From Octopus sinensis (lineage: Eukaryota): a DNA stretch of 64,000 nucleotides. The notes under the pieces were generated by a model, which was given only the letters and a program-made list of their open reading frames with translations, did no database searches and was not told the origin of the DNA. Position numbers and translations under genes: made by a program. Position 1 is the stretch's first letter, and each line of letters begins with the position of its first letter. The stretch covers positions 1 to 64,000 of the forward strand of contig NW_021833007.1 of assembly GCF_006345805.1 (NCBI RefSeq), given 5' to 3'. Below are positions 52,661 to 63,920 of this stretch, one piece after another.

Positions 52661-54271
52661 CAGTTGCGGCCAAAATGTTCAGAAAGGCATTGTTTTCGTC
52701 AGAAAAGTAGGTATAAGTTTTTATTAAAGTTGTTTTATATTCTATAATTTTCACAGACAATAAATACAATATTATTTGTTATTGTCTGAGATTTTGGTGT
52801 AATTTGAGAGGATAATAAAAAAGTTATGGATGATTTAGTGATTTACGGCAAAACCCACGGCGGCCAAAATGATCAGAACGGTTGCTTTTACTCCATGTTT
52901 TAGTATATTTAACCGTCGAACTCTAATGTTTTGAATTTGATTACGTGACAGTTCGTTTACTAAACATTAGTAAGAATATCTGCAGTGTACTTTGTTAATA
53001 TAATGCCACTTACTCCGTTACCAATTCGTCAGCAGATTATTAAGCGTCGAAAGAAGGATAATTTAAGTATTAGGTCTATTGCAAAGATTGTTAACAAGTC
53101 AAAAAGTGTTGTTCACGGTATTCTTAAGGTCTACGATGATTGTGGTTCGTGTGAAGCAAGAAAGTCTACAGGTAGGCTAAGAAAAATGACCAAAAGAGAA
53201 GTAAAGTTGGTTAAAAAGGACAGATTTAAAACTGCTGCTGCTGTTTTTCGGGAAATGAGCATTGTACTGAAGAAAACTTTATCTCGAAAAACTGTGTCTC
53301 GTCCTTTAGTTGAACATGACCTACAAGCAAGAGCACCTGCAGTGAAGCCACTGATCAGCTCCAAGAATAAAAAGTGTCGTCTTACCTTTGCAACCGAACA
53401 TGTGTTGTGGTCTCAAGAAAAATGGCAAACGGTGCATTTCAGTGATGAATCTAAGTCTATGTTATTTGGCTCAGATGGGAAAAGGTACGTTCGTCGAAAA
53501 GCAGGTGAAAAATTGTCGCCTAAATGCCTTAAGACTAGTGTTAAATTCGGTGGAAGAAGTGTCATGGTTTGGGGGGTGATATCTGGAGATGTTGTGGGCC
53601 CTTTGCTGCGATTACATGGAAAGGTAAATGCAGGAGTTTATAAACAACTTGTAAGATCATGTCTTGCCTGTGCTGAGAAATTCAACTAAGCGACCACCCA
53701 TATTCATGCAGGACAACGCCCCATGTCACATGGCTAAGGTGGTCATGAAGTTCCTCAAGGCTGAAAAGGTTATTGTTATGGATTGGCCTGCTCAGAGCCC
53801 AGACCTCAATCCTATTGAAAATATGTGGAATATTCTAGGAGAACGTTTGAAAGCCAGAAATCCTAAAACAACCGAGCAATTATGGAATGCCCTTCAGGAA
53901 GAATGGAATAAGATCACCCAGCAAGAAATTGAAAATTTAATTTCCCCATGCAGTAAAAAATGTCAAACTTTGATTGAAGCTAAAGGGCTTCACACTAAAT
54001 ATGAAATAATTCCAGCATTCTCTGTCACTTTTTGATAATTTTGTTATTTTTTCAACCGTTCTGATAATTTTGGCCACCATGGGTTTTGCAGTAAATCACT
54101 ATATCATCCATAACTTTTGTATTATCCACTCAAATTACACCAAAATCTCAGACAATACCAATTAATATCGTATTTATTGTCTGTGAAAATTATAGAATAT
54201 AAAACAACTTTAATAAAAACTTATATCTACTTTTCTGACGAAAACAATGCCTTTCTGAACATTTTGGCCGC

Positions 54272-54276
<5 letters not shown>
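52661..54276 (+). mobile_element. Tc1-family DNA transposon with ~220 bp IR/DR-type TIRs, near-complete
   Basis: TA|CAGTTGCGGCCAAAATGTTCAGAAAGG... with its reverse complement at 54250-54275. Inner direct repeat GGCCAAAATGATCAGAACGG at about 52862-52881. Confidence 0.95.
53003..54035 (+). pseudogene. Tc1 transposase DD34E, one frameshift near 53650-53665
   Basis: HTH region, FSDESK, VMVWG (ORF 52985..53689) and FMQDNAPCH...WPAQSPDLNPIENMW (ORF 53664..54035). There are 34 residues between the second D and the E. Confidence 0.93.
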
Positions 54277-54307
<31 letters not shown>

Positions 54308-54313
<6 letters not shown>

Positions 54314-55756
54314 TTGTATCTTATATGGCACCTTGGGCTAGTGTCTTCTACTATAGCCTCGGGCTGACCGAAGTCTTATGAGTGGATTTGGTAGACGGAA
54401 ACTGAAAGAAGCCCATCCTATATCTATTATATAAAATCCGTTCTGTCTGTCTGTCTGTGTGTGTGTCTTCTAGGATCTCGGGCATCCTCCATCCAATTGT
54501 GCTCAAATTTGATGTGTAAATATCAACGGTATCAGGGCATGAATAAGTCTTGAAAAAATTGCAGAAATCGATTCCAGGTGAGAATGCGATCGATAAAGCT
54601 GTTTTTGTCCTACTTTTCTTCCGTCAACCTGTACATAACTGCACCTTCCATTTTTTGTTGTTTTTGTACTGCTTAAAGGCACGGTTTTTTCCTGCCAAAC
54701 TTACTGTATAAACCATGTTTGTGTTCTCTCAGTCAACAGCCAGTCAATCATTACTGGTACTTTAAACTCTTCGGTTGCATATTTGTGTGAATAAAATCGT
54801 TTTTCTTTGGAATAGAAAAAAAGTCTATCTTTATTTCTTCTTTTGCTGGTGTCTCAAGTTTAGGTTAAATCAGTGTTTCTCAAAGGGGAGGCCTATGGGA
54901 CGGTCGGACAAGTTGTTTTGAGAAAATTTGGTTTAAATGTTTGACAACTCACCACCGTACATTGGAGGGGGGGGGGGCGTTTTGCTCGTATATGAGATAT
55001 TTAGAAATTTAATATTTCTTATATATATATATATAATATATATATATATAAAATTTTGTATCTTATATGGCACCTTGGGCTAGTGTCTTCTACTATAGCC
55101 TCGGGCTGACCGAAGTCTTATGAGTGGTAGACGGAAACTGAAAGAAGCCCATCCTATATCTATTATATAAAATCCGTTCTGTCTGTCTGTCTGTCTGTGT
55201 GTGTGTCTTCTAGGATCTCGGGCATCCTCCATCCAATTGTGCTCAAATTTGATGTGTAAATATCAACGGTATCAGGGCATGAATAAGTCTTGAAAAGATT
55301 GCAGAAATCGATTCCAGGTGAGAATGCGATCGATAAAGCTGTTTTTGTCCTGCTTTTCTTCCGTCAACCTGTACATAACTGCACCTTCCATTTTTTGTTG
55401 TTTTTGTACTGCTTAAAGGCACGGTTTTTTCCTGCCAAACTTACTGTATAAACCATGTTTGTGTTCTCTCAGTCAACAGCCAGTCAATCATTACTGGTAG
55501 TTTAAACTCTTCGGTTGCATATTTGTGTGAATAAAATCGTTTTTCTTTGGAATAGAAAAAAGTCTATCTTTATTTCTTCTTTTGCTGGTGTCTCAAGTTT
55601 AGGTTAAATCAGTGTTTCTCAAAGGGGAGGCCTATGGGACGGTCGGACAAGTTGTTTTGAGAAAATTTGGTTTAAATGTTTGACAACTCACCACCGTACA
55701 TTGGAGGGGGGGGGGGCGTTTTGCTCGTATATGAGATATTTAGAAATTTAATATTT

Positions 55757-55759
<3 letters not shown>
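54308..55759. repeat. ~740 bp near-identical direct tandem duplication (54308-55020 / 55050-55759)
   Basis: Both copies start AAAATTTTGTATCTTATATGGCACC and end TTAGAAATTTAATATTTCTT. Only a few substitutions/indels, with junctions in (TA)n. Confidence 0.95.
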
Positions 55760-55807
<48 letters not shown>

Positions 55808-55811
<4 letters not shown>

Positions 55812-56266
55812 ATCTTTCGTCTCTAGTAGACCTTTCCGTCGATTTCCGTAAAAAATTTTTTTCTTTTTACATATGGGCTTGCGGGAACTTTTGAAGTAAT
55901 GAGAGCGAAAGAGACTAAGAGAAAGCGATTGTATGACGAGGGAAGTTCTTTTGAAGTTACCGTCCAGGGGAAGCATTGATGTACATGTGTGTGTGTGTAT
56001 GTGTGTGCGTGTGTGTGTGTTTGATGGGGTGTGGGAGACAGACAGTATGTTGAGACAGACAGTATGTTGTGTAAGTGAAGTGCTTCTGTTAGTGTGTGTG
56101 AAGAGACAGAGTAATGTGTGAAAGAAAGAGATAACTGAAATTTTTACTCGGTGTATGTGTATATGTATGTATATTACTTCAAAAGTTCCCGCAAGCCCAT
56201 ATGTAAAAAAAAAAAAAAAAATTTACGGAAATCGACGGAAAGGTCTACTACAGACGAAAGATCGCC
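55808..56266. mobile_element. MITE with ~90-100 bp terminal inverted repeats
   Basis: GGCAATCTTTCGTCTCTAGTAGACCTTTCCGTCGATTTCCGTAAA...GAACTTTTGAAGTAAT is mirrored at 56173-56266. It accounts for the mirrored YFKSSRKPICKKKK ORFs. Confidence 0.9.
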
Positions 56267-56654
56267 GTGTGTGTATGTGTTTCCCACCACCACCACTCCA
56301 CCATCACTTGACAACCGATATTGGTGTGTTTACTTCCCCGAAACTTAATGGTTCAGCAAAAAGAGACTGATAGAATAAGTACTAGGCTTACAAAGAATAA
56401 GTTCTGGGGTCGGTTGTTCGACTAAAGGTGGTGCTCTAGCATGGGCGCGGTCAAATGACTGGAAGAAATAAAAGAATTAAAAAAAAAAGAATTATATAAT
56501 CGATGTGGTAGGTTGGGCTATCATTTGATAAAATGAGAAAGGAGCAAGAGCAATAGTGTGAGGAGAAGCAGTGGAATAGAGAGTGTGACTGATATCAGGG
56601 AAGGGGAGGACAGAGTTGTGTGAGCGACAAAGTCAATCTCTTTCTCGCGTCTCT

Positions 56655-57127
56655 TTTTGTCTCTCAGTCTGTTTCACTCTCTCTTTCGCTCTCTCTTACT
56701 CTGTCTCTCTTCCTCCCTCTCTCTCACGCACATACACACACTCACAAATTTCTAGACAAGTATTGGACAGCGTTTAAACCGAAATTATCCGGAAATAACC
56801 GAAGTATTCCGTTTTTTCCATTTGTGAAAAGTTGATAAAGAAGTTATCGTCTGCTAAATACTTAGTTCACTTTTCTTTTTGTCTCTCAGTCTGTTTCACT
56901 CTGTCTTTCTCCCTCTGTTAGTCTCTCTCTCTCTCTCTCTCTCTCCCCTCTCTCTCTCCCCCCTCTCTCTCATACACACATACACACACTCACAAATTTC
57001 TAGACAAGTATTGGACAACGTTTAAACCGAAATTATCCGGAAATAACCGAAGTATTCCGTTTCTTCCATTTGTGAAAAGTTGATAAAGAAGTTATCGTCT
57101 GCTAAATACTTAGTTCACTTTTCTTTC
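56655..57127. repeat. Two ~230-250 bp direct repeats within the Helitron 5' region
   Basis: GTCTCTCAGTCTGTTTCACTCT...CACAAATTTCTAGACAAGTATTGGAC...TTAGTTCACTTTTC occurs twice. Confidence 0.9.
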
Positions 57128-57419
57128 ATGAAGACCACGTTTCAAGTCAACATTGAAGGTGAAGTAGCTTATTAATTTCGTTTTTATTATTTACAAAATT
57201 ATAATCACTCATTCATCTATCGCAAAGATAGAAATACAGATTTCTAAAGGGGATTTTGCTATCATTTAGTATCTTATCCCTTTTGGTGTTGTAATTTTCC
57301 GTCACGTTCTCTTCATAGAACTATGTAAAGTTTGAACTGAAGATAACGTCCCTTACTGAATTTATTGAAAAATATTCAACAATTACATTAATTTATTAAT
57401 TCAGTCTTTTAATAAAGTT

Positions 57420-57662
57420 ATGGGTGATGGTAACTGTATGGCCAGAGCTGTGTCACTCTTGCTCAAAAACAACAGAAATTACCAAATTCTTCGGGAATAC
57501 ATATGCAATAATTGGAAGTATTTTCGTTCTTTTATTCCTAATAGTAAAATGCAGGAATACCAAACATACATGAGTAGGGATGGAACATACGGCGGTATTG
57601 TTGAATTAGCTATCATTAGTGAATTGTACAATGTTGCAAAGGAAGGTTTTAGTATTATATAA
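57420..57662 (+). pseudogene. OTU-like cysteine protease domain fragment (Helitron cargo)
   Basis: GDGNC catalytic-Cys motif and M-x-x-DGTYGG-x-x-EL-x-x-x-S-x-LY, typical of the OTU fold. The frame breaks before the expected His. Confidence 0.75.
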
Positions 57663-58632
57663 TGGCGAACTTGACAACGACCATTACGATGCTCTCTTTC
57701 CCATAAACAATCATGAGCATTGAAAGAAATGAAGAAGGAAATAAAACATCACAAGACAGTGAAAAAGGCAAAAGAATGAGAATTCAAACACTAAAAATGA
57801 AGATCGTAAAAAATAAAAACATTGGAAAAAATGAAGGAATATGAGAGGAGGACAAGAGAAAAAGAAAGCGATAAAGATAGGGAAATAAGATTGCAGAGAA
57901 AGAAGGAAAATTACTGAAATAAAAACATACAAGAAAATGAAACAAATAAAGAAATATGATTGCAGAAAAGGAGAGAAAAAGGTAGAATAAATAGAAAAGA
58001 AGAGAGTGTAAGTGACTGAAAAATATGACTAAAAAGAAGAAAGCTTTTCAGAGAAAATCAGCAGAAAAAGTATAGACGATTTCAGAGGCAAGGTGTAGCA
58101 TTTAATTATGTTCCTGATTGTAATTATGCATCTGAAAAACTTGTCTCCCTGGGCTCTATGTGCAAAACATGTGAAAATGTGGTGCTAGGAAGTGGGACAA
58201 GGAATTATTAGGTAAGTGTTGTTCTAAAAGTGAAGTCCATTTACCAATAATTGAGCCTCCAGAACTTATAAAACATCTTTTGGGTGTCGCTTCAGAATCA
58301 AAATACTTTCTGAAAAATATTAGAGCATACAATTCTACTTTCCAAATAACATCATTTAGGGTAAAAATTATTAGGGAAAGTGGGTTTATGTCAACTTTTA
58401 AAGTGCAAGGAAATATTTATCACAGAATTGGCTCTCTTAAGCCTTTACAGAATAAAGATCCACAATTTTTACAAATATATTTTATAGGTGACATTCAAAA
58501 GGAAGCACAGTATCACATCAAGAATTGTCCAGGTACAAGATTAGAACTTATTTTTAAGCTGCGAGAAATGCATCATGAAAAGAATTCTTATGTGAGAAGC
58601 GTTCAGTATGCTTTTTTAGATGGTCATGGAAG

Positions 58633-59596
58633 TGTGGTGAAACCATCTAATAACGACTTTGCTAGTTGGAAAAGAGAGAGACAACTGAGTAGAATGTTTG
58701 AGAGATGATTTATTGATACGTTGGCATGTGTCTGTGTGTGCATCATGTATACAGAATAATAGACAAGCTGTCATGAGAACAAAGTGCATGGATGTATGTG
58801 TGCGCTACATATTAGAACAAAAATGAGGAAGAAAGTGAAAGAGTCTAATATGAGAAGTTAGACGAATGTTTGTAGACACAAGAAAGAAAATACCAGTTTG
58901 TTGTCAATTGTACACGGTAGTTGAAATACTCTATCAAGAAGAGACGGTGATGCAGAGCCAGTTGCAGTATGTGTCATATGAAGTTGTGGCTGTAATGCTG
59001 CTGCCTGGCTCACTTGTACAGGAGTTCTTGCAGGTTGTATATTTGCTGTTAACCATGAAGTAATTCACAAACAGTGCAATATTGGAACCTCTGCAAGTTG
59101 CTTGTTGAGCTGTATACCTAGAGACGATGTTGATGCCATTAAGAAGCTGGTGGTGACGAAATCGATGGTTGCCATTATGCTGTTGGGCAGGTGTTGTCGT
59201 CTGGCTCGCAGGTTGCATATTTGTTGTTGATTCATGGTGAAGTAATTCACTAACAGTGCTATGTTGAAACCTGGGTGTTTTGCTGTTGGACAGGTGTTGT
59301 CGTCTGGCATTGTTGCTGGAACTGGCTGTGTCTTGTGTAGTCAGTGGCTAGATCTTAAAAGGTCTGGAACCAAAGACTTCAAGATGAGGAGAAGGTGAGT
59401 TTTTATAATGAACAGTACGTTCAAAAGGGGTTGAGAAAAGGCTGTCTCACATAATCTTATTTAGGGGCTCTGATTGGTTTTATGCTGCATATTGGTGCGA
59501 CAGAGTAAGAGACAAATTGCACTAATACCAACCAATCAGGGTTGTGGACACAACAGGGTCCAAATAGCAGCCAAAGGTTATCTGTTATCTGCTACG
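58633..59596 (-). mobile_element. LTR-like insertion interrupting the Helitron ORF
   Basis: Helitron homology stops at about 58620 and resumes at about 59680. On the minus strand there is TATAAAA (about 59400-59406), downstream AATAAA (about 58709-58714), internal tandem repeats and approximate TG..CA-like ends. No TSD was found. Confidence 0.4.
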
Positions 59597-61962
59597 TTCG
59601 AATGTATCTATATATAATAAAAGGGAGAGAAATTTCACTTGAGTGTATGCTACACTTTAGAATATACTTCAACTGCAGACTTTCAAGTTGTCATTGATGC
59701 CAACAAAACACCAGCAGAAGAACATGTTCATTGATTCAATGTTCCTGAGTGTACTGAAATGGCTATTATTATGATTGGAGAACAATATTGAAATATTGTG
59801 ACAATAGCATCATGTTCATAACTGAAACATATCATTCATATGATGCTTTACAATGTCCCTTGCTTTTTGCTAACAGAGAAGATGGATACCACTTTGGTAC
59901 ATCACAAGTTGGAGGAATCACTTCCAAAAGACCTATATCCTGTATGGATTATGTTCGTGAATGATTACATATACCAGGTTCAATTACAATGTCTTCACAC
60001 GAAAATAGAATACAGTAATGAAATCTACAATGCTGCATTAATTGCCATTGAAGAGAAAGTTGTTTCTATGAAAGGGAATGAATTACATGGATATGGACTA
60101 TCTCATACCAATCATTCTAAACTCGATAGTTTAACAACATATCTATTAAGTGAGACTTCCTACGACATTGAAGACCTCTCAAGATATGTTAGTGAAAAAT
60201 GAACTGAAATTGTTGCTTGAGCAAAAAGTATTCTACAATACTATACTAGAAAAGGTTTTTGATCAAATGGGAGGGCTATTTTTTTTACCTTGATGCTTCT
60301 GCAGGCACTGGCAAAACATTTGTCACAAAGCTTTTACTTGCCAAAGTGCAACAAGAGAAAAAAATGGCTTTGGCTGTTGCTTCTTCCAGGTATTGCTGCT
60401 ACTTTACTTCCAGGAGGAAGAACATCTCACTCTACTTTTAAATTGCCCCTGAACAGTGGCAGCTCAAAGATAAAATTAGTGGGGGGTGCTGCTTCAGAAA
60501 AATTTTAGCTGTAGTTTAGAAAGAAACAAACATATAAAAAGAACATTTATACATAAACTTGATCAGTTTGTGCTTTAGCCACTGCCAGGTAGTGTGTTTA
60601 ATTTGTTCATTGAACACCACTGTGAATTCTCCCCTGTTTTTCAAAAATTCCCCCTAAGTCACAAAATGAGGGGAGAAATATACCCTGTTTTTCAAATCCT
60701 GGCAGCAACACTGAAGCTGGAGGCAGGATAATAATCTAATTCAACACTTTATCACATTAAAGAATATAAACACGTTTGTAAGCACAACACACACGGAGTC
60801 AAAAAGAAACACTATCTTTCACTTGGCACATGAAAATTTTTTTTCCACCAGAGTTCCAGACCCCAGTAATGAACTTATTTGCATACAGCCAATCAGAGCA
60901 GAGCCACTATTATCCTTTCTTCCTCTCTAGTCAGCACCATGCATTCCTTACTCTTTCCCTCTCTATTGGCAGACAACAATTCTCCGTCTACTGGCAGACT
61001 ATCGGAAAAAATTTTCACTATCACTACAAGTACTACTGTCTCTCTAACTATCTGTTGGGCAAACAAATAAATATATGTAAATATTTCTTCCTTCTTGATG
61101 TTGATCCTTCAATGTCCAGTGGTTACTCCATCATTGGCACAATAATACACTTGCCCGAAATGAATTGCTGGAGTTATTTCATTTTTTCCAGAAAAGTGCT
61201 TTTAAAAAGTTATAGAGGTTTAAAGTTTAATCATTTTCACTCAGTCAGGAAACAGGATTTGGAAGCTTCCATTTTGTGCATGACTTCACATTTTGTCAAC
61301 ATCCTGAAAATGCTTACATTTTTTATATCTTCTGTGAATTTTTCACATGTCCAGCTAGTTATGATAAATAGATCTATAATTTACTACTAATTATATAATA
61401 GTACTCAGCAAAAGAGGGGAAACCATTTTAGTCATTGTCTACTTGACCATAGAACATGTAGTACTGCTTTACATGGTACCAGTAGCTGGTCTCATCAGCC
61501 TGTGATAAGGTCCCTGACCTGACTCTCATCTTAATCTACAATTATTAAAAAAATTCAATTTGTAAAAAGCTTCTACTTAGGAATAATAATGTTAAAATTT
61601 TTTTTCTATTTACAAATGATAGTGTCATGTAAAAAGCACTGGTGTCATATAAAGAGCATCCAGTACACTCTGTAAAGGGGTTGGCATTAGTAAGGGTATA
61701 CAGCTGTAAAAACTATGCTAAGACAGACTATGGAATCTGGTGTGACTCCTGGCTTTGCCAGCTCTTGTCAAACTGTCCAACCCGTGCCAGAAAAGAAAAT
61801 AGATGTTAAATGCATAATGAATCAAATTATTATTGTTCCATTTCTATTATTGACTAATTTCTGAATTTCTTCTTTTTCAGGCTAGAAACATGGTTTATAG
61901 AGTTGGTAGATCTGCTGTTTACTTCTGTTGACTGCTTTTACTGTCTGTTCATTCTTGTTGCT

Positions 61963-62079
61963 ATGGTTACTCACATGCGATTTCAATATTACAAACACAA
62001 TTATTGCCTTCTTTGCATAACTGGCTCCTTAGGATGTCAATGGCACCGTTATCGGCAGTCAGCATGCAACAGCCGAAAG
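61963..62079 (+). CDS. GDPD5: First coding exon of a GDPD5-like gene (MVTHMRFQYYKHNYCLLCITGSLGCQWHRYRQSACNSRK), probably a second tandem paralog
   Basis: QYY...CL-x-C-x-TG-x-x-GC-x-W-x-RY matches the GDE2/GDE6 N-terminal motif (human sequence recalled from memory). Acceptor tttttcag| at 61880 and phase-0 donor AAG|gtaaga. Confidence 0.85.
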
Positions 62080-62334
62080 GTAAGAAACTAGGCATTTCAC
62101 TCTAGAAACACTTAAATATCCTGTTTACTCCTAATTATCTGTCTTAATTCTCTTTGTGTCTTTTTCTTTTTTTGTTTTAGTACCATTAAATTTTAAACCT
62201 TAAAAGAAAACAGTGAAAAGTCAGATTTTGATCGTTTTCTATGAAATTTATTTTTAAGAGATTCTGAATTATGGTAAAATCTTCAAGATTTTGTAATAAA
62301 ATCATAAAAACTTCTATTTTTTTTAATTGTAAAG

Positions 62335-63920
62335 GTAAGGCCATATACAGAGATGCCAATAGTAAGGTTAGGGTTGGCAATGAGTATAGTGAAGAATTCC
62401 AGGTAGAAGTAGGGGTCCACCAAGGTTCAGCCCCCTCTTATTCATCATAGTCCTCCAGGCAATAACAGAGGAATTCAAGACAGGTTGCCCATGGGAGCTC
62501 CTCTATGCTTATGACCTGGCCCTCATAGCAGAATCACTGCCGGAACTAGAGAAGAAATTTCAGGTGTGGAAGCAAGGTTTAGAATCGAAGGGCCTTATAG
62601 TCAATGTTGCAAAGACCAAAGTTCTTGTAAGTAGGAAGGCGAACACATCACATACCCCTTCAGATAGGTGACCCTGCTCAATCTGTAGAAAAGGTATAGG
62701 TAGAAACTCCATGGATGTACCCAGTGTAAGCTATGGACATATAAGAGGTGCAGTAACATCAAAGGAAGATTAAATAGGAAGATAGCTTTCATGAGCGGCA
62801 GATGCACAGGGGTAATAAACATTACAGATGCTCAGAAAACAGATTCAATCATATGCCAGGGGAAGAAACTAGAAGCAGTTGATAGCTTTCACTACCTAGG
62901 TGACCAAGTCTGTAGTGGGGGTGGATGTTCAGAGAATGTTACCACTAGAATAAGAATAGCCTGGGCAAAGTTCAGAAAGCTCTTACCCCTACTGGTGACA
63001 AAGGGTCTCTTGATCAGAGTGAAAGGTAGATTGTGTGATGCCCGTGTGTGAACTGACATGCTTCATGGCAGTGAAACATGAGCCATGACTGCTGAAGGCA
63101 TGTGTAGGCTCAAAAGAAATGAAGCTAGCACGATCTGCTGGATGTGTAATGTCAGTGTGCACACACGATAGAGTGTAAGCGCCCTGAGAGAAATGTTGGA
63201 CATAAGAAGCATCAGATATGACATGCAAGAAAGACATTTATGTTGGTATGGTCATGTACTATGGATGGATGAGGAGATCTGTGTGAAGAAATGCCACTAC
63301 CAAACAGTGGGAAGAATCTGGGGTAGAGGAAGACCCAGGAAGACATGGGATGAGGTGGTGATGTATGACCTTTGAACATTGGGCCTCACAGAGGCAATGA
63401 CAAAACACTGAGACCTCTGGAGTTATGCTGTGACTGAGAAGACCCAGCAAATAAAGTGAGTTCACAGCTGTAACCTACACCAGTGTCGCATAACCAGCCC
63501 ACTCAAAAGTACCTTGGATCATAGGGCAAGATACCATGCTTGAGGAGACCTATTGAGTCAAGTACATCAAAACCAAAATCAAAAGGAATTTGTAGTTGTG
63601 ATCCCCATGCTGGTGGCACATAAAAAGCACCATCCGACCGTGGCTGATGCCAGCGCCCCCTTGACTGGCTTCCGTGCTGGTGGCACGTAAAAAGTACCAA
63701 CCGATTGTGGTCGTTGCCAGCCCCCTCTGGCTCCTATACTGGTGGCACATAAAAAGCACTAAACTCTCGGAGTGGTTGGCGTTAGGAAGAGCATTCAGCT
63801 GTAGAAATACTGCCAGATCAGACTGGAGCCTGGTGCAGCCTCTAGGCTTCCCAGGCCCCAGTCAAACCATCCAACCCATACCAGCATGGAGAACGGACCT
63901 TAAACGATGATGATGATGAG
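62335..63920 (+). mobile_element. RTE-clade LINE, 5'-truncated (RT domain remnant, 3' UTR, (GAT)n tail)
   Basis: VGVHQGS..PLLFIIV..ELLYAYDL (YADD variant)..VNVAKTK, FHYLGD..RIRIAWAKF, and L-x-WYGHV..GRGRPRKTW, with stops and frameshifts. Confidence 0.92.

Larger units (their letters stand above)
54423..60460 (+). mobile_element. Second decayed Helitron (5' terminus, OTU-like domain, N-terminal domain, helicase fragment; Rep core deleted)
   Basis: 5'-type end TCTATTATATAAAATCCG(TCTG)n. FLKNIRAYNS..FKVQGNIYHRIGSL..FLQIYF (58280-58620), FQVVIDANKTP.EEH..FN.P (about 59680), and FYLDASAGTGKTF..ALAVASS/GIAATLLPGGRTSHSTFKLPLN (60259-60455). The 5' boundary is uncertain. Confidence 0.85.

Noticed and set aside
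60830-61390. 186-aa ORF
   Set aside because: No recognisable motif and an F/S/Y-rich composition typical of chance ORFs in AT-rich DNA. No supporting splice structure.
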